NCBI GenBank assembly: GCA_036404515.1
Contig: DASWZK010000132.1
Span: forward strand, 1 to 59,004
Direction: 5' to 3'
Source: Candidatus Limnocylindrales bacterium
GTDB lineage: Bacteria; Chloroflexota; Limnocylindria; Limnocylindrales; CSP1-4
Length of the DNA stretch: 59,004 bases
In this document: piece by piece, positions 7,064 through 16,408 of the stretch
Layout of the letters: each line of letters begins with the position of its first letter
Position numbering within the stretch: the first letter of the stretch is position 1
Program-made: the position numbers and the translations under genes
Notes under the pieces: generated by a model
The model's database searches: none
Seen by the model: only the letters and a program-made list of their open reading frames with translations
What the model was told of the DNA's origin: nothing

Positions 7064-8701
7064 GTGCGTAAGATCGCGGCTGCTGCGGTGGCCGTCCCCT
7101 TCATCGCCTTCATCTTCTTGACGTCGTTGATTCGGCGAACGTCCCCTGGTCGCGTTATTACGGCCGGGCCCGCTCAGCTCATCCTGGTCGGCGCGGCGGT
7201 TCTGGTCCTGGTGAGTGGGCTGCTGCTGGGTTTACCGGCTAAGCAGGTCGTCGGCGGCGCCCCGCCCACTTTCGCCCCGCTGGCGCCGCAGGCGCAGGCC
7301 TCCCGAGGGGATAGCAGCCTGCCGCTGGACGTGCCGTTCCAGGTTCAGTTCACCAAGCCGATGAACGAGGCTACGGTTGAGAGTGCACTGTCAATCACCC
7401 CGCAGGTGAATTTCACATTCCAATGGGATGCGACAGCTCAAGAACTCTCGATCGCGCCGGACCCGCATTGGGCGCCCTACACGACGTACAGCGTTGACAT
7501 AACCGGTGCGGCGACCGACCAGGAGGGGTTGAGCCTGGCGACCGAGATTGACACCTCCTTCCAGTCGGGCGCGCCGACGGCGGGCACGATCACCGCGACT
7601 CAGACGAGCGCCGGCCTGGTCTCGCCTTTGACCACCTTCCAGCTCACTTTCACACGGCCGGTGAAGCTGTCGACGGTCCTGCTCCGCTTCGCGATCAGCC
7701 CGCAAGTACCCGTCACCATAGTCGGCGATGACCCCACGGACGCTGCCTCCCAGGTCTTCACCATGACGCCGAAGTCGCAGCTCGCGTCGAACACTGCTTA
7801 CGTGATCACCATAGCCGCCGGTGGAACGGACTCGGCGGGCGCCACTCTGCAGCCTGTCGCTGGGCTTCAGGTCACCACGATGGCGACTCCGTCGGTGGTC
7901 CGGTTCCGGCCGCAGGACGGCACCATCACCTACGACAGCAACCAGCCGGTATCGGTCAGATTCACCATGGCAATGGACGAGAAGTCCACGGCGGCGGCGT
8001 TCTCGGTGACGGTCAATGGGCGGGCCGTGGCGGGCAGCACCTACTGGGCCGAGGGTGACAGCGTGCTCGTGCTCACGCCGCGGTACTCGTTCGCGATCGG
8101 CTCGACGGTAGTGGCCAAGGTGAGCACCGCCGCACGTTCGGCCACCGGGTTGCATCTCTCGGCGGCGGCCAGCGCCACGTTCAAGGTTTCCAAGCCGCGA
8201 TCTTCGAGCATCTCTTACGGCGGCATCGCCTCGGCAAGCTCGCCGTGGTATGCGTCCGAGGTGTACTACCTGAAGCTGATGAATTGCACCCGAACCGGGG
8301 GCTGGGTTACGAGCAGCGGAGCTTGCAGCACGGAAACCCATCACACGTTGCCCGCCCAGAGCCCTCTGGTCCTCGACGCCGGCATATCCAACAAGGTCAG
8401 CCGGCCCTACGCCAAGTACATGGCCGACTACAGGCTCCTCGACCATTACCTGCGGGGCACTACGCCGCATTCACGTCTGTGCGCGGCAGGCTATTGCGGC
8501 GGCTCATGGGGCGAGAACATCGCCTCGCCCGGCTCATCCGGGAAGGCCGGGATGATCGCCGTCGAGATCTTCTATCAGAACGAATACTGGTGCCGGTGCG
8601 AGCACTACTACAACATCATGGACCCGTACTTCCACAGGGCTGGCGTCGGCGTCTGGGTGTCGAAGGGCGTCGTCAGAGTCTCCATCGACTTCTACGGCTG
8701 A
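7064..8701 (+). CDS. Membrane-anchored/secreted protein with three SbsA-type Ig-like repeats and a C-terminal CAP/SCP (PR-1-like) domain
   Basis: GTG at 7064 is preceded by GGAGA. Hydrophobic N-terminus. Three repeats follow the pattern P..V.F...M....V......V / T.Y.V.I....D..G..L. The C-terminus reads GGSWGENIA...HYYNIMDPYFHRAGVGVW. Confidence 0.75.
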   Translation: MRKIAAAAVAVPFIAFIFLTSLIRRTSPGRVITAGPAQLILVGAAVLVLVSGLLLGLPAKQVVGGAPPTFAPLAPQAQASRGDSSLPLDVPFQVQFTKPMNEATVESALSITPQVNFTFQWDATAQELSIAPDPHWAPYTTYSVDITGAATDQEGLSLATEIDTSFQSGAPTAGTITATQTSAGLVSPLTTFQLTFTRPVKLSTVLLRFAISPQVPVTIVGDDPTDAASQVFTMTPKSQLASNTAYVITIAAGGTDSAGATLQPVAGLQVTTMATPSVVRFRPQDGTITYDSNQPVSVRFTMAMDEKSTAAAFSVTVNGRAVAGSTYWAEGDSVLVLTPRYSFAIGSTVVAKVSTAARSATGLHLSAAASATFKVSKPRSSSISYGGIASASSPWYASEVYYLKLMNCTRTGGWVTSSGACSTETHHTLPAQSPLVLDAGISNKVSRPYAKYMADYRLLDHYLRGTTPHSRLCAAGYCGGSWGENIASPGSSGKAGMIAVEIFYQNEYWCRCEHYYNIMDPYFHRAGVGVWVSKGVVRVSIDFYG

Positions 8702-8853
8702 CGCCGCTTCACCTGGACGAGTTCGAAGCTGGCCTCCTGTAGGGCGTCAATGAGACACGACCGAACGCGGCCGTGGCCGGCGAGGCGCGTTGCGAGGTAT
8801 GAGGCCGCAGTCGTCCGCGGGAGCGTCATCCGGTCGGGTGGATCGCCAGATGG

Positions 8854-11340
8854 ATGGCTGATGCTAGACTCCCGCGGATGAGCGGCAACCTTGTGATCGT
8901 CGAGTCGCCTGCGAAGGCGAAAACGATCGAGCGATATCTCGGTCCGGGCTACACAGTGCTCGCTTCCTACGGTCACGTTCGGGACCTGCCCGAAAACCCC
9001 GGGAAGAATCAGCTAGGTGTGGACGTAGATCACGACTTCGAGCCCGTGTACGAGGTCGTGGCCGACCGCAAGAGGCAGCTGTCGGCAATCCAGAGGGCCG
9101 CGTCGAAGGCTGACCTCGTATACCTCGCCACAGACCTCGACCGTGAGGGAGAGGCCATCGCCTGGCACGTAGCCGAGGCAGCGCACCTGGTGCCGGATCG
9201 GACGCGCCGGGTCACCTTCTCCGAGATCACGGAATCGGCTATCAAGCGAGCGTTTGCCGAGCCCCGCTCGATCGACCGCAACCTGGTCGATGCGCAGCAG
9301 GCTCGCCGCGTCGTCGATCGTCTGGTCGGCTACACCTTGAGCCCGCTGCTCTGGCGGAAGGTTCGAGCCGGCCTTTCGGCCGGGCGCGTTCAGTCGGTCG
9401 CCGTGCGGCTCGTGGTCGACCGCGAGCGCGAGATCCGCGCCTTTACCGCCCGCGAGTACTGGACGCTGAAGGCCGTTCTGGTCGCGCCCAACGGGGAGAC
9501 CTTCGAGGCGGACCTGGTTCGCATCGGAGGCAAGAAGCCGGAGATCGGAGACGGCGAGACGGCCGGCCGCCACGCCGCAGCCATCCGCGCAAGCCGGCCG
9601 ATCGTCACGGACGTCTCGGTCAAAAAGACGAAGCGAACGCCTGCGCCGCCCTTCACCACTTCGAGCCTCCAACAGGAAGCCAGCCGGAAGCTCGGTTTCT
9701 CACCGAAGCGCACGATGAGTGCCGCGCAGCGACTCTACGAGGGCGTGGAGACGGACGAAGGCCAGATCGGGTTGATCACATACATGCGCACGGATTCGGT
9801 GGCGCTCTCGAGCCAGGCCATGGCGGAGGCCGCCCGCGTGATCGAGTCCCGGTTTGGGCCGGAGTACACGACCCCCAAGGGTCGGGCCTTCAAGACGAAG
9901 ACACGCAACGCCCAGGAGGCGCATGAGGCCATTCGGCCGACATCGTTCCACCGCGACCCGGAGGCTGTGGCGAAGCGCCTCGGCAGCGACGAGGCCCGCC
10001 TCTATCGCCTCATCTGGCAGCGCGCCCTCGCCAGCCAGATGGCGACCGGGGAGCAGGAGACCACAAGCGTCGACCTTGCGGCTGATGGCTACGAGCTTCG
10101 GGCCAACGCGACTCGGACCACCTTCGACGGGTTTTCCCGGGTCTACACCGAGGGGTACGACGACATCGAGGAAGAGGCCGAGTGCCGTCTCCCGCCGCTG
10201 GCGAAGGGCGACGCCGCCGGCGTTGAGTCAGTCTTGCCGCAGCAGCACTTCACCGAGCCGCCGCCCCGGTACACCGAAGCGACCCTGATCAAGACCCTCG
10301 AGGAGCACGGCATCGGCCGACCGTCCACATACGCGGCCACTATCTCGACCATCCTCGATAGGGGCTACGTCAAGGTCCGGGACCGTCGGCTCCACCCCGA
10401 ATCGGTGGGCGAGATTGTCACCGACCTCCTCGTATGCCACTTCGGGGAGTTCGTCGACCTCGAATTCACGGCTCGTATGGAAGACGAGCTCGACGACGTT
10501 GCCGACGGTAAGAGGGCCTGGGTGCCCGTGGTCCGGGCGTTCTACACGCCTTTCCAGGCGCGCATCAAAGAGAAGACCAAGGAGTTGCGCCGGGCCGACT
10601 TCACAACCCGACCATCAGACGACGTCTGTTCGGAAGGTCATCCCATGGTCATTCGCCTCGGTCGATATGGAGAATTCCTCGCTTGCTCGATGTACCCGGA
10701 GCACAAAGAAACCCGTGAGCTGCCCGGATCGGGCCGAAACGCAAACCCCGGCGGCAAAGGTGCCGAAGACGGCGCCGGTGAGGCTGCGGCGCCAGAGGCA
10801 TGTCCGAAGTGCGGCGGCACCGACGGAGGCGTCCTGGTGGGGAGGCGTGGCCGGTTCGGCCCGTTCTTGGGCTGCTCTCGCTACCCCGATTGCGACTTCA
10901 TCAAGAAGGATGGACCGCCTCCGCCTGCGCCACTCGAATTCCAGGTCTCCTGCCCGACTTGCGGCCTTGGCCGCCTGCTGACCAGGAAGGCGCGCCGGAC
11001 GGGGTCGCTGTTCTGGGGCTGCTCGCGCTACCCAAGCTGCCGCTTCACGACCTCGCACGAGCCGATCGGGGCGCTGCACGACGCCGACGACGGACCCATT
11101 GGACGGAACGGCGAGGCCGCCCTGTGTCTTGCCTGCGGTGCTGCGGTTGACGTTGCCGGGATCGCCGATCCCGTTGGAAAGCGGCTGGCCGGAGGCGAAC
11201 CCAACCCGACCGCGCTGGCGATGCCATCGTCGGCTCGCCCGCGCCGCACGGGCCGCGCAGCAAGCGGCGGTGGGGCCCGCGGAGCCGCAGGGCGTAAGAA
11301 GTCCGGGTCCCGCCCCAGCGGCGTTCGCCGGGCCGGATGA
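8854..11340 (+). CDS. topA: DNA topoisomerase I with C-terminal zinc-ribbon repeats and a basic tail (start may be ATG 8878)
   Basis: Toprim [18 protein letters not shown]. Also ITYMRTDS, several CxxC...GCSRYPxC modules, and an R/G/A-rich tail. Confidence 0.95.
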   Translation: MADARLPRMSGNLVIVESPAKAKTIERYLGPGYTVLASYGHVRDLPENPGKNQLGVDVDHDFEPVYEVVADRKRQLSAIQRAASKADLVYLATDLDREGEAIAWHVAEAAHLVPDRTRRVTFSEITESAIKRAFAEPRSIDRNLVDAQQARRVVDRLVGYTLSPLLWRKVRAGLSAGRVQSVAVRLVVDREREIRAFTAREYWTLKAVLVAPNGETFEADLVRIGGKKPEIGDGETAGRHAAAIRASRPIVTDVSVKKTKRTPAPPFTTSSLQQEASRKLGFSPKRTMSAAQRLYEGVETDEGQIGLITYMRTDSVALSSQAMAEAARVIESRFGPEYTTPKGRAFKTKTRNAQEAHEAIRPTSFHRDPEAVAKRLGSDEARLYRLIWQRALASQMATGEQETTSVDLAADGYELRANATRTTFDGFSRVYTEGYDDIEEEAECRLPPLAKGDAAGVESVLPQQHFTEPPPRYTEATLIKTLEEHGIGRPSTYAATISTILDRGYVKVRDRRLHPESVGEIVTDLLVCHFGEFVDLEFTARMEDELDDVADGKRAWVPVVRAFYTPFQARIKEKTKELRRADFTTRPSDDVCSEGHPMVIRLGRYGEFLACSMYPEHKETRELPGSGRNANPGGKGAEDGAGEAAAPEACPKCGGTDGGVLVGRRGRFGPFLGCSRYPDCDFIKKDGPPPPAPLEFQVSCPTCGLGRLLTRKARRTGSLFWGCSRYPSCRFTTSHEPIGALHDADDGPIGRNGEAALCLACGAAVDVAGIADPVGKRLAGGEPNPTALAMPSSARPRRTGRAASGGGARGAAGRKKSGSRPSGVRRAG

Positions 11341-12611
11341 CCGGCGGGCCTGCAGCCGATTCATCGCCGGCCAAGGTAGCGGCCGAGCGCTTCCTGAGGG
11401 CGCTCGAGGCGCGCGGCTCATCGCCAAACACCGTTCGTTCCTATCGGACCGGCCTCGGCGCGTATCTCGGCTGGGTCTCGGCGAATGGCCACGACTGGCG
11501 GACGCCGTCTCGCGCCGACCTGCGAGCGTATCTGGCAGTGCTGGCGGAGGGACATGTCAAGCGGACGGTGGCCCAGCGTCTGGCAGCGGTGCGATCCTTC
11601 TATCGGTTCACCACGCGGCAGGGCCTGACCGCCGGCAACCCGCTTGCGGGGTTGGCCACGCCCCGTCAACCGCGCCGCCTGCCCGAAGTGCTGACCGTTG
11701 CTCAGGCGGAGCAGCTCATCCAGGCGGCCGCCGACCAGGGTCGCATGGTGAGTCAAGGCCGCGCAGCCGGGGCCGACGCGGCGCCCGGGTCGGCCCCGGC
11801 TGCGGTCGCCGGCAGCAGGTCTGGCGGAGTGCGCACCGAACTCGTGCGGGCTCTGGCAGTGCGCGACGTAGCCATTGTCGAGACGGCGTATGCCGCCGGC
11901 CTCCGCATCAGCGAGCTTGCATCGCTGACTATCGGTTCGGTGGACCTCAAACGCGGTGAAGTGCGAGTAACCGGGAAAGGCAGAAAGGAGCGGGTGTCGC
12001 TGCTCGGCCGTCCGGCCCGGGCGGCACTGGCAAGGTATCTCGAAGAGGGCAGACCCTTTCTGGCCGGCCGCGCGACGGCGGCCGGCTCAACGGCCGCGGC
12101 CATCGCCCCGACCACTGAACGGGCTGGCGCCGTCGCCACTGAACGGGCTGGCGCCGTCGCCACCGGCTTCGCCGCTGCCGGCGACGCCGAACGTGGCGTC
12201 CTCTTCCTGAACCATCTCGGCAGCTCCCTGGGCGTCAGAGGGATGCGCTATCGGCTTGAGCGGCTGCGGCTCGCCGCCGGGCTGCCTGAAGGGGTTTCAC
12301 CGCACACGTTGCGCCACAGTTTCGCGACGCATCTGCTCGATGGGGGGGCCGACCTCCGCGTAGTCCAGGAGTTGCTCGGCCACGAGAGTCTGGCCACGAC
12401 TCAGGTCTACACGCATGTTTCGCCGGCCCGTCTGCGCGCCGCGTACACTGCATCCCACCCTCGTGCGACGCTGTCGATGGGGGCCGGTCGGGGCGGTTGC
12501 GCTCCCGCAGCCGAGGTCGACTCAGGCTCTGGATCCAGAGCGACCGGGCCCGACACGGACGGTGGCCCCTGGCCGTCAACGGCGGGAGAAGAACCGCCTC
12601 CAGCCGAGTGA
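11337..12611 (+). CDS. xerC: Tyrosine recombinase XerC with two low-complexity insertions
   Basis: [12 protein letters not shown]. Catalytic end [43 protein letters not shown] overlap with the topA stop. Confidence 0.9.
   Translation: MTGGPAADSSPAKVAAERFLRALEARGSSPNTVRSYRTGLGAYLGWVSANGHDWRTPSRADLRAYLAVLAEGHVKRTVAQRLAAVRSFYRFTTRQGLTAGNPLAGLATPRQPRRLPEVLTVAQAEQLIQAAADQGRMVSQGRAAGADAAPGSAPAAVAGSRSGGVRTELVRALAVRDVAIVETAYAAGLRISELASLTIGSVDLKRGEVRVTGKGRKERVSLLGRPARAALARYLEEGRPFLAGRATAAGSTAAAIAPTTERAGAVATERAGAVATGFAAAGDAERGVLFLNHLGSSLGVRGMRYRLERLRLAAGLPEGVSPHTLRHSFATHLLDGGADLRVVQELLGHESLATTQVYTHVSPARLRAAYTASHPRATLSMGAGRGGCAPAAEVDSGSGSRATGPDTDGGPWPSTAGEEPPPAE
12121..12168 (+). repeat. Perfect 24-bp tandem duplication (CCACTGAACGGGCTGGCGCCGTCG x2), in frame inside xerC, encoding TERAGAVA x2
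   Basis: Read directly; the two copies are identical and followed by a 4-nt partial third copy. Confidence 0.95.
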
Positions 12612-12690
12612 CGGTTTGGCGTGCGAGGACGGCCACCTAGAATCGAGCGGAGGCCGGTTCGACCACAGGTCTCGGCTAGGAGGTCAGCAG

Positions 12691-13932
12691 ATGGTTGAGG
12701 AGTTCGCGATGGACGCATCGAAGGGCCGTGTTGGCGCCTCGACGCAGGCGTCCGTCGTGGATCTCGGTCCGGAGACATCGACCTGGGACGATTTCGTCTC
12801 CCGATCCAACCCGGGTTCTTACCTCCAGACGAGCGCCTGGGCACAGGTGAAGGCACGCAACGGATGGACTCCCATGCGGTTCATCGGCTCGAGCTTCGTC
12901 GAGGCAGTCGTTTCAGGCGGAGCCGATCGGTCCGAAGGAATCGCCGACGACTCCGGCGAGATCTCCGTTTCGGCCGGCGACGAACCACGCGAGTCGACTG
13001 AGGAGACCGCATTCGGTGCCCAGATCCTGGTTCGGAAGCCGCGATTGTTTCCGTGGGCGTTCGCCTATGCGCCCCGGGGCCCGGTCTTCGAGCGATGGAA
13101 CCCGGCTACGCTCGATGCCTTCACCGTCGCCTTGCGCGATGCGCTTGCTTCAGGCCCGGCCCGCATCTCGCATGTCCGAATCGAACCTGAGATCGAGATG
13201 AACGGCCCATGGGACGTTGAGGGCGAGTTCCGCCACGCCCTGCGACGGGACGGATGGCGGGTCGGGACGCCGATACAGCCTCTCCGGACTCGCCAGGTCG
13301 ATTTGAAGGCCGATGAGACGGCGCTGTGGGGCGACCTTCGCAAGAAGTGGCGCCAGTACGTGAACAAAGCCCGCAAGAGCGAGGTCCGTGTCGTCGACTC
13401 AACCTCCGACCGACTGCCGGAGTTTTACTCGATCTATCGGGAGACGGCGAAGCGCGCCGGCTTCGTGATCCGGACCTACGAGTCGTACCTTGGCGTGTGG
13501 GAGGCCTTCGCGCGCCTCGGCATGGCTCGCTTGCTGATGGCGGAGGGTCCGGACGGCGTTGGGCTGGCGACTTTGTTCCTGCTGCGTGTAGGAGACCGCG
13601 TGATCGAGCCCTACGGCGGTATGACTGAGGCTGGGGCCGAGAGCCGCGCCAACTACCTGCTGAAGTGGGAGGCAATCCGGACGTCGCGGGAGCAGGGTGC
13701 TGAGAGCTACGACATGTGGGGCCTGTCCCACGAAGGGATCGAGCACTTCAAGACCGGTTTCGGCGGCCGCGAAATCAGGTACGTCGGGGCGTGGGACCTC
13801 GTCCTCGACCCCGCCGGCCGGCTCGCGTTCGACAGCGCCCAGGTGGTCCAGGATCGAATTGCCGCCTGGCGACACGGTATCCGGAACGTTCGGCGCGGGC
13901 GACTGGTGCCGCCCGACGAGGCGGGCCAATGA
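12691..13932 (+). CDS. FemAB-family peptidoglycan interpeptide-bridge peptidyltransferase-like protein
   Basis: ATG 12691 is preceded by AGGAGG. The N-terminal YLQTSAWAQVKARNGW is typical of FemAB/FemX-like proteins. Its stop overlaps the murE start (ATGA). Confidence 0.7.
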   Translation: MVEEFAMDASKGRVGASTQASVVDLGPETSTWDDFVSRSNPGSYLQTSAWAQVKARNGWTPMRFIGSSFVEAVVSGGADRSEGIADDSGEISVSAGDEPRESTEETAFGAQILVRKPRLFPWAFAYAPRGPVFERWNPATLDAFTVALRDALASGPARISHVRIEPEIEMNGPWDVEGEFRHALRRDGWRVGTPIQPLRTRQVDLKADETALWGDLRKKWRQYVNKARKSEVRVVDSTSDRLPEFYSIYRETAKRAGFVIRTYESYLGVWEAFARLGMARLLMAEGPDGVGLATLFLLRVGDRVIEPYGGMTEAGAESRANYLLKWEAIRTSREQGAESYDMWGLSHEGIEHFKTGFGGREIRYVGAWDLVLDPAGRLAFDSAQVVQDRIAAWRHGIRNVRRGRLVPPDEAGQ

Positions 13933-15614
13933 TTTCTCGCGACGGAGAGACCGATCCAGGCGGGATCGTCGCGGGGCGACCCGGTTCGCTGGCGGAGCTA
14001 CTCGCGGCGGCCGAGCCCACAGCCCCACGCTGCCTCGGGGGGCTGATCGAGCGGTTGGATGCGTCGGGTCGGCTTCGACTGGTTCGGTCGTCTGATGCTC
14101 TGGAGGGCGGTCACGGCCGGGAGCCGGCGATCCGGGCGCTCCAGGTTAGTGGCGTGACCTTCGACTCGCGCAACGTCCGCGCCTCGGCCGTCTTCGTCGC
14201 GGTGCCGGGCGTCCATGCCGATGGGCACGACTACGTTGCTGCTGCCGCCGCTCTCGGTGCCAGCGCGGCGATCGTCGAGCGCTTCGTTCCAGGTATTGCG
14301 CTGCCCCAGCTCGTTGTCGATGACGCGCGCCGCGCCCTGGCCATCGTCGCAGCGTGGTGGTACGGCGACCCAAGTCGCGAGCTGGGTATCGTCGGCATCA
14401 CCGGCACGGATGGAAAGACAACGACCGCGTTTCTGGCTACGTCGGTGTTGGAGGCCGGGGGCATCTCCGCGGGTCTCATCACCACCGCGACCGTCCAGGT
14501 CGGCGCGTTGCGCACGGCCAATCCGGAGCACGTGACAACGCCGGAGGCTCCAGACCTTCAGCGAATGTTGCGAGCCATGGTCTTAGCCGGCAACGAGGCC
14601 GGCGTCGTCGAAACCACGTCTCACGGACTGGCGCTCCATCGGGTCGCGGAGATCGGTTACGACGTCGCCATCCTCACGAACCTGACCCATGAGCACCTGG
14701 AGCTGCACGGCACATTCGAGGCGTATCGCGAGGCCAAGCTCAGCCTCTTCCGCCGGCTCGGCCACGATGCCCCGGCCAAACACCTGGCACGCGCCTGGCC
14801 GAACGCCGCCGTCGTGAATTCCGACGATCCGGCCGCGCCGCTTTTCGTTGCCGCAGCCCAGGCGGTCGGCGCTCGCGTCGTCGGTTATGGCGAGACGGCC
14901 TCAGCCGACGTGCGAGCTACCGGCGTGGAGGAGAGAGCCGGCTCGATGCGCGTTGCCGTCGCCACTCCCCGCTGGAGGGGCGCGGTGGAGTTACGGCTCG
15001 CAGGCAGATTCAACGTCCACAATGCCCTGGCGGTAGTCGCCCTCGGCGAGGCCCTGGGGCTGGACCGGGGTCAGGTACAGGAAGGTCTGGCCGCCGTTGG
15101 GCGGGTACCCGGCAGAATGGAAAGGGTCGACTGCGGCCAGCCGTTCGGCGTCATCGTGGACTACGCCCATTCGCCGGCATCGCTGCAGAAGGTTCTGGAT
15201 GCACTCGCCCCGGTGGCGTCTGCAGGCGGCGGGCACCTCATCGCGGTCTTCGGCTCTGCCGGCGAGCGTGACGTTCAGAAGCGGCCGATGATGGGCCGCA
15301 TCGCCGGGGAACGCTGTCGTCTCGTAGTGGTGACGGATGAGGATCCTCGCGGCGAGGATGGCCAGTCGATCCTCGATCAGATCGCCGCCGGTGCCGAGGT
15401 CGCCGGCAAACGCCGGGGCCGCGACCTGCTTTGCATCGCCGATCGTCGGGCGGCCATCGAGGCTGCTTTCGAGCGAGCCGAACCCAGCGACGTGGTTCTG
15501 CTGGCCGGGAAGGGCCACGAGCAAACGATAATCATGGGCGACGGTCCGCGACCGTGGGACGAGCGGTCCGAGGCGCTCCGCGCTCTCGGCCGCCTCGGGT
15601 ATCGAAGTGAGTAG
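13929..15614 (+). CDS. murE: UDP-N-acetylmuramoyl-L-alanyl-D-glutamate--diamino acid ligase MurE (DNPR motif reads EDPR)
   Basis: VTFDSRNVRASAVFVAVPGVHADGHDY, GITGTDGKTTT, and VVTDEDPRGED at 15336-15350. Confidence 0.9.
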   Translation: MISRDGETDPGGIVAGRPGSLAELLAAAEPTAPRCLGGLIERLDASGRLRLVRSSDALEGGHGREPAIRALQVSGVTFDSRNVRASAVFVAVPGVHADGHDYVAAAAALGASAAIVERFVPGIALPQLVVDDARRALAIVAAWWYGDPSRELGIVGITGTDGKTTTAFLATSVLEAGGISAGLITTATVQVGALRTANPEHVTTPEAPDLQRMLRAMVLAGNEAGVVETTSHGLALHRVAEIGYDVAILTNLTHEHLELHGTFEAYREAKLSLFRRLGHDAPAKHLARAWPNAAVVNSDDPAAPLFVAAAQAVGARVVGYGETASADVRATGVEERAGSMRVAVATPRWRGAVELRLAGRFNVHNALAVVALGEALGLDRGQVQEGLAAVGRVPGRMERVDCGQPFGVIVDYAHSPASLQKVLDALAPVASAGGGHLIAVFGSAGERDVQKRPMMGRIAGERCRLVVVTDEDPRGEDGQSILDQIAAGAEVAGKRRGRDLLCIADRRAAIEAAFERAEPSDVVLLAGKGHEQTIIMGDGPRPWDERSEALRALGRLGYRSE

Positions 15615-15647
15615 CGGCGCGACACGGCGCTCCGGAGGCGAACAGGC

Positions 15648-16358
15648 ATGCGATCCTGCTTGATCCGGCTGCTGATCACGGTAGGCGTCATCTTCGCCCT
15701 GCTGTGGTTCGGCCTGCCGTTCGGCGCGAGCTGGCTCGCCACCAACGCCCTGAACGCAGCCGGCTTCACCGGGACGAACACCAGGGTCGATGTCTCAGCG
15801 AACCTGCCGCCGAGGATCCTCCTGGGTCATGCGGACACTATCCACCTCACGGCCAGTCAGGTTGGCGCCGGTGACCTTCATGCGGCGACGATCGACGTGA
15901 CTCTCGGTAACGTGGAGCTCATCGACCGCACGGTAGGCACCGTAAGCGGGACGCTCACCGGCGTCCGGGTGGCGGCCCCCAACGGCGACCCGGTGACCAT
16001 CGATACGGCGACGCTCGCGGGGTCCGGCACGTCGGCCACCGCCACGCTGACGATCTCGAGCGCCGAGGTAGAGACTCTGGCCGAGTCGCAGCTCAGGGCC
16101 CAGGCGGGCATCTCCGGCACGGTCAAGTTGGCGGGGCAGGATAGAGTCACGGCCACGATCAACGGCAAGTCGGAGTCGGGCAAGCTGGTAGTGAACGGCG
16201 GCGCGCTCCAGCTCGTTCCCGCCAGCGCGTCTCTGCCGACCGTGATCCTGCTGGCCGCCGGGAGTGGCAATCCGTTCCAGCTAGAGTCGGTGACCGCGAC
16301 CGCGAACGCCGTTACGCTGGTCGGGACGATCGACCTCCAATCGCTGCTCGGCTTGTAG
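15648..16358 (+). CDS. Hypothetical N-terminally membrane-anchored protein (possibly DUF2993/LmeA-like)
   Basis: N-terminal TM segment LIRLLITVGVIFALLWFGL followed by a T/V/G-rich beta-type sequence. Family assignment is by resemblance only. Confidence 0.55.
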   Translation: MRSCLIRLLITVGVIFALLWFGLPFGASWLATNALNAAGFTGTNTRVDVSANLPPRILLGHADTIHLTASQVGAGDLHAATIDVTLGNVELIDRTVGTVSGTLTGVRVAAPNGDPVTIDTATLAGSGTSATATLTISSAEVETLAESQLRAQAGISGTVKLAGQDRVTATINGKSESGKLVVNGGALQLVPASASLPTVILLAAGSGNPFQLESVTATANAVTLVGTIDLQSLLGL

Positions 16359-16408
16359 CCGGGCCGCATCGGGCGGGCCGGTCGGGGCCGACTGGTAGAC
16401 TCATTCCG

